DNA of 64,000 nt. It comes from the human T2T-CHM13v2.0 reference genome, Homo sapiens. Below the pieces are notes generated by a model. It had not been told where the DNA came from, made no database searches, and saw nothing but the letters and a program-made list of their open reading frames with translations. The DNA lies in NCBI RefSeq assembly GCF_009914755.1, contig NC_060946.1. The stretch is one strand, 5' to 3'. The position numbers and the translations under genes are program-made. Shown here one piece after another: positions 18,996 to 36,615 of this stretch (positions are counted from its first letter, which is position 1; each line of letters opens with the position of its first letter).

Positions 18996-20124
18996 TCCTC
19001 TTTAATGTACCTATTCCAGATTTCTCCTCTTCCCTGTCTCCCTAACCTGCTCCCTTACCAAGGCTTCCTGGTACCAATACCTCCTAAATAAACAACTTGC
19101 ATTTGAATCCGTGTCTCAGGATCTGTATCTGGGGTGATCCAGGCTTATAATCCCCATTTATCCTTTATCTAGAGAGACTGCTGACTTTCACACATTTAGG
19201 CGCCACTGGGGGCAGGACAGAGATAAGATTTTGGAGACCACTGAGCTCTAGTTGACCATGGCATTGATCCTGAGCCCATGCCCAGTTGAACAGACCCTGG
19301 AGTGACCCAAGCATGGCAGTGGGGTCATTGTTCAGCTGGCTGAGGGGTGGTACATCCCTTCCTAGGGGAAAAAAGGATTCAGGATGATGCAGATGGGTTT
19401 TCAGAGAGTCTGAGGGCAGCTTCTGGAATCAGACAGCACTGGGTTTCAATCTCAGGTTTACTACACACATTCTAGCTGGCTGACCTCGGATAAGTCACTT
19501 TCCCTCTCTAAGCCTCGCTTTCCTTACCAGTTGGAGATGACACCGATACTTCCTTAGAGGGTGCTAAGACAGAGTGTGGGTAAAGCACTTGGAAAGTCTT
19601 CTGGCAAGTAAGTGGGCAAGGGGTCAAGTTCATTGCATCTGATGGTGATTACAGGGCCGGGGAGGGGGTGGCAGGGAAATAATTTTGTAGTTTCAGGGAA
19701 TTGTTGAAAGGCACATTCTTTCTGGGCCATACCAAATGCAGCTCTCCTCTCCTCTGCTCTACAATCACTCACTGCTGAACTCAGGGAGCCCCATGCTCAC
19801 CACAGGTAAAGATGGCCGCTTTGATGACTCAAATGAGATTTTCTATCTGGGTAAAACCAGGAGCTGTTTGCTCAGGGAACAGCTGTCAGAAAAGAGATCC
19901 CCTGATCCCCTGATGGACCAGTCTCCATCAGTAACATGGCTGGAGGGAAGACAAAATTTGGCCTTGCCCAGAGCCCTTCCTCCAAGGGCTACAGGTGTGG
20001 CCCGGCAGAGAAGTGGAGCTGGGAACATGGGAGGGTGTATGTGAGGAAGCCCACCTTGCTACTGACTCCATAATCCCTCTGACTAAGGCAAGGTGGGGGA
20101 ATAGAAAAGGAAACGTGGAACAGA

Positions 20125-20555
20125 GAGGTACGTACCCAAAAGAACGGAAAAGAAGGATTCAAACAAATACTTGCACATGCCTGTTCATAGCAGCGCTATT
20201 CAGATTAGCCAAAGGGTGGAAACAACCCATATGTCCATCAGTGGATGAATGGATGAATAAATTGTGTTCTGTTCATACAATGGAATATTATTCAGTCATA
20301 AAAGGAATAAAGTGCTGAGCCATGCTACAATGTGGATGAACCTCAAAAACATTATGCCGAGTGAAAGAAGCCAGCACAAAAGGTCACATATGACAATGGG
20401 CTGGAGGGGAAACTGGGAAGTAACCGCTTAAGGGTGTGGGGTGTTATTTTGGGGGTGATGAAAATGTCTTGGAACTAGCTAGACCTGGTGGCAGCATTAC
20501 ATCGTGAATGTACTCAGGGCCACTGAATCATACGCTTTAAATGGTTAGTTTTAGA
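20125..20555 (+). mobile_element. L1MB-type 3' fragment
   Basis: gtggaaacaacccatatgtccatcagtggatgaatggat and catgctacaatgtggatgaacctcaaaaacattatg motifs. Confidence 0.82.
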
Positions 20556-20589
20556 GGATGCGACTTCCCTTTCTTTTCTGTTTGTTTCT

Positions 20590-21243
20590 TTCTCTTTTTG
20601 AGACAGAGTTTTGCTCTGTTGCCCATGCTGGAGTGCAGTGGTGCAATCAGAGCTCACTGCAGCCTCTAACGCCTAGGCTCAAGTGATCCTCTTTGCTCAG
20701 CCGTCCACGTAGCTGGGACCACAGGCACACACTACCATGCCTGGCTAATATTTAAAAGGTCTCTGTAGAGATGCGGTGGAGCCGGGGGTCGATCTCATTA
20801 TGTTGCCCAGGCTGGTCTTGAGTTCCTGGACTCAAGCGATCTTCCCACCTCAACCTGACAAAGCGTTGGAATTACAGGTGTGAGGCATTGTGCCCGACCT
20901 TAGATTATGTGAATTTCCTATCTCTCTCTCTCTTTATTTATTCATTCATTTATTTTTTTTTTGAGACGGAGTCTCACTCTGTCACCCAGGCTGGAGTGCA
21001 GTGGGCATGATCTCACCTCACTGCAACCTCCGACTCCCGGGTTCAAGCAATTCTCCTGCCTCAGCCTCCTGAGTAGCTGGGATTACAGGCGCCGCCACCA
21101 TGACCGGCTAATTTTTGTATTTTTAGTAGAGACGGGGATTTCACCATGCTGGTCAGGCTGGTCTCAAACTCCTGATCTTGTGATCTGCCCCCCTCGGCCT
21201 CCCAAAGTGCTGGGATTACAGGCATGAGCCACTGCGCCTGGCC
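20590..21243 (-). mobile_element. Two antisense Alus (AluJ, AluS)
   Basis: Alu consensus sequence. Confidence 0.87.
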
Positions 21244-22009
21244 CTCTCTCTCTTTTTTTAAAGAGGCACCCAGTGGGCTGATAACAGAATTGCAATGGGA
21301 ACCCTGGCCTCCAGAGCCACTCTTGTTTCTCCAAGGGCTGTTCTAGGACTAAAGAGAAGAGAGACTCAGGCTCCCCTTTCCTTGATATGTTGTCAGTGTC
21401 AGAATTCTCCTGGAAATCTGGGGTTTCAGAGTGGTATCATGCAGAGCAGGAATACTGACGTGTCTCTTTGGGGTACTCTTATCTTATGGGCTCCTGGGGT
21501 CCAAGTTAGCCCTACACATGTTTCCTGGAAGGTGTTTACCATCTCGGGGCTTGCTCTTCCTAGCATATGTCCTAAGTCTACCCACAGGATAAGGTGAGGG
21601 TCACAGTTACATTGATGGGGAGGAGAGAAGGATGCCAGCTCTACTTCTCAAACCAAGCATGAACTGCAAAGGATGTCCAACCCTCCGTAGGGAAATGGAA
21701 GATGCTAGGGAAGACTTTGCTCACCACAAAGGCACTCAACAGATGGGCAAAATGAGGGCAAAGGACCAGCTGAATCCCCCAGAAGGGCTAGTCTGGTCTA
21801 CCCCATGATGCAGAAATGTACCATGTTAGAGAACTGGGAGCAGAGGAGGCCACACAGGTATTGGCATCTGCTGAACATGAGGGTCCACTCCTTCCTTGCG
21901 TTACTCAGTTCACGGCTTGTCCCGAGTCCATCTGAGTTACAGTCTATTTGCAGTGAGCCACGGTATCCTCTAATGGTCACCCCTTTTGCTCCCCTCCGCC
22001 ACCTCCCCA

Positions 22010-22830
<821 letters not shown>

Positions 22831-23179
22831 ATATCTCTAGAACCAAAGATACTTGGAGATAGGATCATAGATTCACTATTGCTCATCCTTAAGAAGCCCC
22901 AGGGTATAGGATGAAGTGTGAAAGTTTGGGGTGAACAGGTGGCTTCATTTTTTTCCAAGTAGATATTGGAAATGATAGACTGACAGTCAGGAGAATTTGG
23001 GAATGGATTATAAAACAGGTGGCTTGGGAATACTTAAGAAAGGAAGTGGTGACCTCTATGGATCCCCTGTATTCAGTTAGAATGTGTCATGCCAAATTAT
23101 ATTTCCCTTTTTGTTTGTGTCTAGGGAGACTAGACTGGTGAATTAGGGGGAAGTCGTAGACCTGTGTGATGACAAAAGC

Positions 23180-23598
23180 TCAGGCAGGAGGATCCCTTGA
23201 ACCTAAGAGTTCAAGGCTGCAGTGAGCTATGATCCTTGTCACTGCACTCCAGCCTGGGCAACAGGGCAAGACCTTGTCTCAAAACATTTATTTATTTATT
23301 TATTTTTAAATTTTTTTTGAGACAGAGTCTCACTTTGTTGCCCAGGCTGGAGTGAGTGGCGTGATCTTGGCTCACTGCAAGCTCCGCCTCCTGGGTTCAC
23401 GCCATTCTCCTGCCTCAGCCTCCCGAGTAGCTGGGACTACAGGTGCCTACCACCATGCCCGGCTAATTTTTTGTATTTTTTAGTAGAGATGGGGTTTCAC
23501 CGTATTAGCCAGGATGGTCTCGATCTCCTGACCTCGTGATCCGCCCGCCTCGGCCTCCCAAAGTGCTGGGATTACAAGCGTGAGCCGCTGCGCCCGGC
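23180..23598. mobile_element. Alu right-arm fragment (+) abutting an antisense AluY
   Basis: Alu consensus sequence; aaaacattt flanks the AluY on both sides. Confidence 0.85.
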
Positions 23599-24297
23599 CA
23601 AAACATTTTTAAAAAAGGACTTTTGTGATTACATTGGTCCCACCCTGATAGTGGGCTGCATACTCTGGGCAATGCTGTGACCACACACTGCCTTGCCTTT
23701 TCTCTAACTCTTTCACATGGGTCTTACCACCCTGGCAGGACTGTTAACTCTGTCAGGGTAGGAGGCTGTGTCTAAAGCCTCCTTGGGACTCTCAAGCTTC
23801 CTGCAATGGTCTTGGGCTGGGCACATTGGAAATGTTTTATAGGTTTGTTGAATTGGGTTTGTATTTTCTGAAGACCAGGGCTGGTCCCAGCAACAGATGT
23901 GTAGTCCAGAGAAAGCTGGGGAGGTTGGAATCTAAAAGGACAGGCTTAAATCTACCTGAGTCCCTTACGGTGTCTGTGGGCAGCTCTCATTGCCTCTCTG
24001 AGCCTCTTTATGTGAGCGATGAAGATGATAAACAATATTCACAGAAATGTGACAAAAGAGATGTTGTAGTTTAATAATATAAATATGTCGTGAGCCCTTA
24101 CTAGGTGCCAGCAACTGTGCTAATCACACTTCCTTCATTTAGCCTGATGATGTGGATTCCATTATTATCTCTACTTTATGGACAAGTAACTGAGGAAGGG
24201 TGTGGAGCTTGCCTAAGGTCACATTTGGTCAGAGGCATGGGCAGAACTGAAATGTAAACCCGGAATAGTCTGGTTCTGAAGGTCGCTGGAATGTTCT

Positions 24298-25280
<983 letters not shown>

Positions 25281-25699
25281 CTAGCATCCCTACTCTAGAA
25301 AATAGTAGGTACTAAGAAGAGGGCAGTTAAATAAAAGACTAATCCGGGCGCGGTGGCTCGCGCCTGTAGTCCCAGCTACTCCGAAGGCTGAGGCGGGGGC
25401 AGGAGGACTGCTTGAACCCAGGAGTTCGGGGGGGTGCGGTGAGCTATGATTGTGCCGCTGCACTTCAGCCGGGGTGACAGAGTGAGGTCCCATCTCTAAA
25501 ACAATAAGAATAAATAATAATAAAAAATTCAAGATTAAACCTATAAATGTTGTTAGGCCAAATGCTGTACACGCATGAAGTTAACAGTTATGGGTTCAAA
25601 TCTGGACTCCACCATAACCATGTGCATAAAGAGGCATACACCCGAGGTCTTCCTGGTTAAGCCCTTGGCGCTATGCCAGAACAAGCGTCTTCTGTCCTC

Positions 25700-26260
25700 T
25701 TACTCCGGGGTTCAGGCTTCTGCGCCCCTGGTCCGCGGTCGCGCGCAGCCCCCGCGCCTCTCCAGCCCTGAGCTCTCTGCGGCCTAATGTGGACGGGCAA
25801 GCGTTGCCATGACAGCGCCGCGGGTGGGGATGCGGGAGGCTGAGCGCACCGGCCAGCTAGCCCCTTTGTGCGGCGGGGGCTGCGGAGTGCTCCCTCCAAG
25901 ACCGGTTGCACCCCGCTTTCCTGGCCAGGACTCTGGGCGCGGGTAAGGAGGGGTTGGGTGTGAGGTTGTAGGGGCGCAAGGAGGCGGGAGGAGGGTGGAG
26001 GCGAGGGCCGGGGGTGGGGCGCCTCCGCCCGCCAGCCGCTCCCGCATTAAAATTTCATGGGCGCTGCAGCAGCTACAAAGACGACGCCGGCTGCGCTCGC
26101 GGGACCAGAGGGAGGGAGGCTGCGGACGAGTGCGGGGAGGAGTTTGAGATGGGAGGCGCTTGCAGGGGCTCCCCCAGTTCTGCGCTGTGAGCCGGGGCAC
26201 AAAGAGCCCTCTGCACTAGCGCCGCAGGACCGCGGACCCGAGGTAAGACGTCGCCCCATC
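25700..26260 (+). promoter_or_regulatory. MIAT: CpG-island promoter of MIAT
   Basis: High CpG density, GC boxes and G-runs. Isolated TATA-like ATTAAAA at 26046-26052 just upstream of the exon ending at the 26243 donor. RFX X-box-like GTTGCCATGACAGC at 25803-25816. Confidence 0.85.
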
Positions 26261-28143
26261 CTAGAAGCCTTCCTTCCCAAGTGTCCTTGTCCCCTAACGG
26301 GGAACAGCCTAATTCCCCAAGGCTGGGGTCGAGGGTAGGTCCCAGAGTCCCAGGGCTGGGTTCAGGGATGCAACGCCGCCTGAAGTGTCCCGCATTGGAT
26401 GGATGAAGAGGCTTTACAGCCTGTAATTCTCAAACACAGCCAAGACTCTGGCTGGGATGGGGGGTGAGGTCAGGCAAGGGGAGGATGCTTTAGGAGTCCA
26501 GTGCGAATGGGGATCTTGCAATCATGATTATGAGGGGGAACAAAGACCCTTTCCTTCCGACGACACAAGACACAATTTGGGAGGTGGACCCGCGGACCTT
26601 CTCGGTCCACCAGGTTAGCAATTAACTGGCCAAGCCACGGGCAGAGCCCAGAGGGTCTCGGAACTGGAGGTGGGGGTGGGGCGGTGGGGCAGGGTCCTTG
26701 AGCTCCCCTTCCCTCATACTCAGCCCGCCCCCGACCCAACCCCCCCGAGCCTGCCATTCCTTCACTTCCCAGATGTCCGGCGTCAAATTTGGCTCCAAAA
26801 GGATGGAGAGGGCTGGTAGGTAACTCACCCTCGTTGAAAACAACAGTGACATCAGTTTATGGAGAGGTTACTCTACGCAGGGACGTGCTTGGTGCTTTGC
26901 AAGCGTTATCACAACAGTCCCACGAGGTGGTAAGAAACAACCCCATTTTAAAGATGAAGAAATGGAGATTCAGAGAGGGTTATCGACACCTCCAAGGTCA
27001 CACAGCCAGTGATTGTGAATCCAGATATGTAGGACTCTAAAGCCCATGTTGCATCTCCTAAAGGGTCTGAGGAGATCCCGCAACCCACCAGCTCGATTCT
27101 CTCTACCTCTCCTCGGCTCCAGGACACTCCCTGGAGAGGCTGGGGATTTGGGAAGAAAGGGGCCAGACCTTTCCCCTCTTCCAGCGGAGGGCCCTGGGGT
27201 AGAGAAATTGTTTCTGGGATTGTGCAGGAGGAGGCCTGGGGGGCGCGCCCTGGATTCCCCACCCTCATCCCAGGCTCCGGATCCGAGGCTGCCCGGCGCC
27301 TGGGATTGTTGGCGCGCACACCCCACTGCAGTGCCGCCGCGGGGAAAACGCCCCCACCTGCTGCGGCGGGAGGGGAGGAAGTATGAGAGGGAGGACTGCG
27401 AGAGAACTTGAGGGAACGGCTTTGTTTTTTCTCGGGGCCAGGCTGGGACTGAGCACGGCTCAAAGCAAAACACTTGCTCTGGACTCAGTGCTTTGCAAAG
27501 CGCATTCCCATTTGGGAGCATCTGGGAGCCCCGCGATGGCCCAGGGAGGGAGGCGGGGGTAGACGCAGGGCAGGGATGAGTAATTCCACTTGACAGACAG
27601 GGAAACCTGAGGACGGTGGTTCTCAGACTTTAGGGGCGTTGCTTCCAGTAAGCAGATGTCTGAGCCACGTGGCAAGGAGGATGAGTCAGCAGGTTTGGGG
27701 TGGGGCTGGGTATCTGATGTTTACTCAGACCTCCTCATCCTCATCCTGCAGGTGGGCAGATGCTTGGTTGAGGGAAGAGTGCCCCCACCTCGCCCCTCAA
27801 CTTTCTAGGCAGAATCATCCAGCAGCCTGGGCAAACCATTTCCGGACACTTTGCCAGCTCCTAGCTTTGTGTGGCATTGAATTGATCCCACTCTAAGTTT
27901 GGTTAATTTCATGTTGAAAGCATTTTATGTAAACACCTTCCATGTCCCCCATGCCCGCCTATTTTACTATTTAGTGATCCTTGCCATTGAGAACTGTTCT
28001 GAAATCTACTCATTTTAAGCCTTAACCCTACTCCTTAACAGGGAAGAGTGGTGAAGTCTTCACAGTCCCCCAAAACAACCATAACCCCTTACCGCCAGCT
28101 TTAGGAGAATAATTCTCTATGCTTGCATTAAAAATGAGAATTT

Positions 28144-29080
<937 letters not shown>

Positions 29081-30477
29081 AAAAGAAATTGCATTATATG
29101 TATAATGCTTTTGAAAAGTTACATCAGATGTGTTTCTCCATGTTATTACGACCTTTGCAGAAATCATTATGAGAGATTTCAGTGTTTCATGGAGGAGATA
29201 AGCATGGTCTACTTCGTCAGTTCCCTATTGTTGGTCCTGCTAGTTGTTTCCAATTTTTCTTTTCTTCTGCGTCTTCATTTTAAGGTCCTTTCTCTGGCTG
29301 TGATCCATGCTTCTTCCCAGGGCAGGATTACACTCTTTGAATTTACTTATTCATCAAGACAGTGCAGAGTGGTGGAAAGAGAAGCAGCTGAGAGTTACGC
29401 AGGTCCGTGTGCAAATCCTTCTCTCCATGTGTGTCCACTTCAGTCAGGGAGTAATCTCCCTTTTCTGAGCCTGTTTCCTCATCTATAAAGTGGCAATCAC
29501 AATCCCGGTTTTAAAAAGCGGCCGTGAGGCTATGAACCAGTGCATGTTCGGTGCCCTGTAGGTGCTTACTAAAGCTAGTGAATGTTATCGTGCACCCACT
29601 GGGTGTCAGCTGAGTTCACTTATGTAGCCCCTGAGTCTTGTATGGATACTTAGTGATTTGCTTTTATTTCTGTTGAGGCTGCTGGTTTGTCTCCTGGGTG
29701 ATTATTAGCCTGTTCGAGCAGCGTGTTTCTGGGGCATTGGGTCCATTGTGCAGATTCAATGGGCTGGTGAATAACTTGTAGGCCAGTCTTTGTTTCAAGA
29801 GGATCCCTTCCCTTGTCTCTGAGGCCTGACTCATCTGTCAGCTTGAGCTCCGAGGAACAATAGCCAGAGATTCTCAAGAGCAGAGGTGAAGTCTGGCTAA
29901 GAGTGACATCTGTCTCCCTATCCCATCCCACTCTGATCAGATCAGATGAGGCAGGTGTCCCCTTATCCCTTGTGGTGCCAGGTGGGCCCCTCTGGAAGCT
30001 ACCAGATGAGTCATGGAAGGGAGGCGGATGCTGAGCTATTGTATACTCAAAGGTGTGGAGGAGATGATGAGTAGTAACTAACCCTAACTACCACTTTGTT
30101 ACCGTTTACCAAGGTTCTTGCTGAGTGCTGCATCATGGAGACTCCATGATAAGGCAGGGATTAGGCATTGCAGGTGGGAAACAGGCTCAGAGAGGTGAAG
30201 TGATGAGCCCAGGGCCACGCAGCGAATTAGCTGTGCAGTCAGGATGTCAACCCGTATCTTGTTTGACTCTGAAACATGTGTTTGTAACTACTACACTATG
30301 CCACTCTCCTAAAAGTGAACTCAATCATTTGCCTACAGACTGTGAAAGCAACCGGCATAAACTGAACAGAGATGATTTATCAATCATGGGCCAGTTTTCT
30401 CACAGTAATAGTAATGCAGATGGCCATCGAGTTTGCAGTTTACATATACCTTCCTTGGATCTTTTATCATTTAATCC

Positions 30478-30503
30478 ATATATATATGGATCTATATAGA
30501 TCC

Positions 30504-30540
<37 letters not shown>

Positions 30541-30820
30541 TATACATGGATCTGCTCTGTCACCCAGGCTGGAATGCAGTGGAGCAATCGCGGTTCACTG
30601 CAGCCTCTACCTCCTGGGTTAAAGCGGTCCTCCTGTTGAAGCCTCCCAAATAGCCACAGGCACAGGTACACATAACCACGCCCAGCTAATTTTTGAATTT
30701 TTTGTAGAGGCAGAGCCTTGATCTGTTACCCAGGCTGATCGTGAACTCCTGGCCTCAAGCAATTCTCCTGCCTCTGCTTCTCAAAGTGCTGGGATTATGG
30801 TGTGAGCCACTGCGCCCAGT
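30478..30820 (-). mobile_element. Antisense AluJ whose tail has become a (TA)n(CA)n microsatellite
   Basis: TA/CA repeats at 30478-30545 directly adjoin Alu sequence. Confidence 0.8.
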
Positions 30821-31881
30821 CCCTGCCCCTATTTGAATACACCCTCTGCCCCTTTGGGGTCCAAGAGGCCTGTTTAGAATCCTGGTTGCCTTATTTTCTA
30901 ACTGAACCTCAGTTTCCTCATCTGTAAAGTGGGGATAATAAAACCCAGCTTGTTTTGCCATGTAGATAAAGACACTCCCAATTAGCATCTGTTCTTAATA
31001 AGTGTTAGTTTAGCTTTCTTTTCCTTCTTCTTGGTTTTCTTTCCTCTCTCTCCACTGCAGGGGTTCCCATGTTTGAAGGAGATTTGAATTCTGAATCTCC
31101 TCTTTTGTGGACATTGTGTTTGAATTCGTAAAGAAACAGCGCTTTAATTCTCCTCTGCAGAAGCATCTGCTTCCCCCAGCATGTCTCCTGCGAGGCGCGT
31201 GGCACATTTTCATTATTCTCTGGAGCTTCCGTTATCTCTGGGTGCTGGCTCATCCAAGGCAATTTGGGCCAACATCTCTTGTACGTCTCAGATCTCCGAG
31301 TAGTCATTTTATTCCAGAGTCAGGGAAAAAGACCAAAAACCCAGAGGGATTCTAAAATGCAACAAATGTATGTTTTCCTGGCAGCTGCCCATCCATTACT
31401 AAGAACAGTACATGCTGTTTAGCGGGAAAAATGAATATCTCATGGGTAGTGTTAATGAACTGTGTGGTCAGTGATAATAATAATAATGATGTAAGAAAAT
31501 GGTAGAATTCAAGCTAAGTCTCATTCATCTTCTCATTTGATCCTCATGACAACCCTGTGAGGTGGGCACTGTTATTATCCTTAGTTTGTGGATGAGAAGA
31601 CTGAGGGTCACTGTGGTAAAGGACTTGGTCAAGGTCACACAGTTTGCCGGTGGCAGAGCAGCACAGGAATCCATGCCATAAAACCCATGTTAGGATGTAT
31701 TGGTTGACACTGGCCTGATCAAAATACCTCCTTGTTTCCTGTTTTGCTTTTGATCTGCATCCAAGGAGATCAGTTTTGGGAAACGCTGTGATTTGAAACA
31801 GGACCTTAGCATCTATTCTCCACTGTACCCATGGGTATGTATTTATTCTCTCACTGCTGTCTCTTTTTCTCTTGATGACAG

Positions 31882-31964
31882 TTGGAGGCATCTGTCCACC
31901 CATGTGGTTCCAGACACGTTCATGTGGCCACCATGACCCCGTCGGCATCACAGGGGTAACCAAG
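31882..31964 (+). ncRNA. MIAT: Candidate MIAT internal exon
   Basis: Polypyrimidine tract plus ACAG acceptor ending at 31881. Possible donors are GGG|GTAACC (exon end 31955) and AAG|GTGATC (exon end 31964). Confidence 0.55.
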
Positions 31965-32269
31965 GTGATCCTCCCTCTCTTCCTGTGTCCACTGGGGATG
32001 GTAGAGACCAGCTTAATGCTTTGAGATCAGATCCATCACGAAATCCGTATGTCCTGAGACCTCCTGAATCTTAAGGTGGGAGAGACTTCTGATGACCCTC
32101 TGGGTTCCAGTTCCCCAATCGTGGCTTTCCCGACTGACCTTGGCTTGAAGTGGGTGGTCTGTGTGGCCTAGTGAAAGCTGAGATGATGAGGCCCTGGTGC
32201 TCACAACTGGTTCTTTGTGCGGCCTTTGATCTGGCACTTTTTAGTTCCAGTCCTCTTTCATCACATACA

Positions 32270-33320
<1,051 letters not shown>

Positions 33321-33521
33321 GATAGGGGATTTTAATTTGATCAGTGCTGCCTAACTGTGGTATATACATATAATGCTACAGGATAAATATGGCTTATATT
33401 TCTGGAACATAAATATCACACACAGATTTACTTAAAGTTTAAATCATTGAGTGGTGAAAATAATTTTTGGAACATGTACTGTGTGCCAGGCACTGGCTAA
33501 GCTTTGAAAATCATTAACTTT

Positions 33522-33815
33522 GGACAGGTGTGGTGGCTCATGCCTGTAATCCCAGCACTTTGGAAGGCTGAGGCCAGCGGACTGCCTGAGGTTAGGAGTT
33601 CAAGACCAGTCTGGCCAACATGGTGAAACCCCGTCTCTACTACTAAAAAAAAAATAAGTTAGCCGGGCGTGGTGGCACACATCTGTAATCTCAGCTACTT
33701 AGGAGGCTTAGGCAGGGGAATCACTTGAACCCAGGAGGCAGAGGTTGCAGTGAGCCGAGATCATGCCACTGCACTCCAGCCTGGGTGACAGAGTGAGATC
33801 CTGTCTCCAGAAAAA

Positions 33816-33871
<56 letters not shown>

Positions 33872-33872
33872 A
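33522..33872 (+). mobile_element. AluS with a (GAAA)n tail
   Basis: Alu consensus followed by ~14 GAAA units. Confidence 0.9.
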
Positions 33873-35917
33873 AAACAATTAACTTTGAGTCACACATTGA
33901 GTACGTAGGAGTGAGAGAGCCACAGTTTCCTCCAGGTTTCTCTAGCCCCAAAGCCCATACCTTCCTTTGTACCCTCTAAGACGGTGTCAGCTAAAGGTCC
34001 CTTGAAACCTCCATCACCTTATTAATATCATGACTCTAGGTCCACAGAACGAGGGGAAAGGGTCACTGTGGATCAAGCCAGGCTCCTCTGAGCAGTCCAG
34101 GGTCTATTTACAGAGAGCAGCAAGTTCCTGGGACAGAGGAGACAGAAGGGAATTTCCAGGTTCTTCAGGACGTTCACAACCACACTGAGAAGCATCTTTG
34201 CAGATAAGTATTTAAACTTACCAGCCCATAGCCTACCAGCCTGCCCTCTTCTGGTCTGTGCAGGAAAGTGTAGTATCCTAGAATGCCAAAGTGGGAGGGG
34301 AAATGGGTGATGTAGCTCATTCTCTTTTCTACCTCTATGGAAGAAAGAAAGAGCCTGTCCCCATTTTGTGGGGTCCCAGAAAGGGTGATTTTCACACTTC
34401 ACATTTGGCGTTAGGGCTAGTATTTCACAAACATTACCGTCTGGAACTTTTGAAGGCTGAGTTAAATGACTTCATCTTGTGTACTTGTAGAACTGCTATT
34501 AGAAGGAGGCTGGGGACTCCCTGATGATGTGAACCAGCCCTTCTCTTCTCAGTTTTAGCACTTTGTGATCATATTTATAAACCTTGGACAGGGCTCCTTG
34601 GCCTTAGAGTTAAGTGAAGAGTTAACACTGTGACTTTAGATGCATTTTTCTCAGTGTAAGTGTCTGAGCTCATCTCCAGTTCTGGACTCGTGCCCCCACT
34701 CCCGGGTGCTGACAGCAAGCTCTGAAGATATGCTGAGAGACCTCCCTGACTCTCCTGACTCAGGTCTGCCAGTTGATGAAGACAGCACAGTTGTTACCAA
34801 AAACAAAACCTGGCAGATGGTCCTAGGTCAGGATTAGTGGTCATTCTCTGGTCTTCTCCAGACTGGTGACACAGGGTGGTCTTAAAAGAGTCCTAGTCCA
34901 GCCTCTGGCTCCCCGAATTTCCTCTGGTGCATGGGGCATCAGGAAAGGGCAGGGGAGAAGGAGGGGGAGCAGAAAAATAACTGAGGCTGGGCAGAAGGGT
35001 CCCTTCCATTTCCCATCCATTGCTTCAAACAATGGGTGATTACCGTGCACCTTGAGTGAATGTCAAGGCAGGAAGGGTTCCAGGGCCACCCAGTGTGGCA
35101 GGAGCAGAGCTGGGATCAGAATTCTGGATTCCTGACTCTCCGTTCAGCTGCTATTCAGCTATCACCAAGCTGCTGAGTTTGTCCTACTTTCTCCTGGGTC
35201 ACATTCTGCTGTTGTTGGGAAACAGGGAGTGAGTGAAGGGAACCTGGGAACCCTTCTCCCCTCACCTTTTAAGGATGTTCTGGGGTGGAATAAAGAGAGG
35301 TGGAGGGTGGGGTGCCTGGGCCCAGCCTCCCTGGCTCCTGGTCCTTCTTTCTTCAGCAGGGAGTTCTGGCAAGGCCTGGGCCTGGGGAGGGGGCCTGGGT
35401 GCAGTTTTCTCCTGTGGTGTGGTTGGCTCTTTTGTCTTCCAGGATGGGCCTGTGGGGTCTGTGTGGGGAAGGAAGGAGCTGGGAGCCTGGGCTGCCTGTG
35501 TGTCGGCTGGATGCTGCCAGGTAAGCCTGAGAGGGATGTGGGGAGGGAGGGAGGGAGGTCACATGGAGCTTGGTTTCATGGGGGTAGGTTGTCCTCCCAC
35601 CTGTGCCCCCTCCTCAGGCCCAGAACGCTCCTGCTCATGAGAAGATGGCCAGGGAGCCAGGTGGCTGGAATGCTTGCTCTGTGTGGTCTTGGTGGGGGTG
35701 GGTGGGATGGAATCAAGACCATTGTGGGTGAGCTCGAGCAGAGAATTTAGCAAGTCCCTTCATTCAGCACCGGCATGGACCAAGCAACTTCTCTGAGCCA
35801 GATGCTGGGGACGCAGAGGTGAACCCAGAGACATGATCCCATCTGCTCAGATCTTCATGTCAGAACACGCTTTATTACAGTCTCGGCAAGGGGGTGAGCT
35901 CCTCGTCCTGGGAGCAG

Positions 35918-36022
35918 TGTGTGTGTGTGTGCGTGTGCACATGTGTGTGCATGCCTGTGTGTGTGTGCATGCGTGCATGTGTGTGCGCGTGTATGTGTGT
36001 GTATGCGCGCGTGTGTGTGTAT
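35918..36022 (+). repeat. Imperfect (TG)n / purine-pyrimidine alternating repeat within MIAT
   Basis: ~100 bp of TGTG/TGCA/CGTG. Confidence 0.92.
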
Positions 36023-36254
36023 GTTGGGGGTGGTGGTGTGCAGAGATCCTCCCAGTGGGAATGTTGTAAAATGAATTGAAGCCATCAAAGGCCTCTGAAA
36101 GTCCTTCCCATCCCCTCAAACCCTTGCCCTGTCTCTGCCCATGATGCTCCTGGAGCTTGCTATGGGCTCCCTTTACTGCTTTTCCTCTGGTCCCCTGAGC
36201 TAACCCTGCCTGGTGGGGTATTCTCAGCTTTCATTGCTTCCTCTTTTTAGACAA

Positions 36255-36615
<361 letters not shown>

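Noticed and set aside
35763-35785. REST/RE1-like TTCAGCACC...GGAC
   Set aside because: Non-canonical 5-nt spacer and a poor right half; too weak to call.
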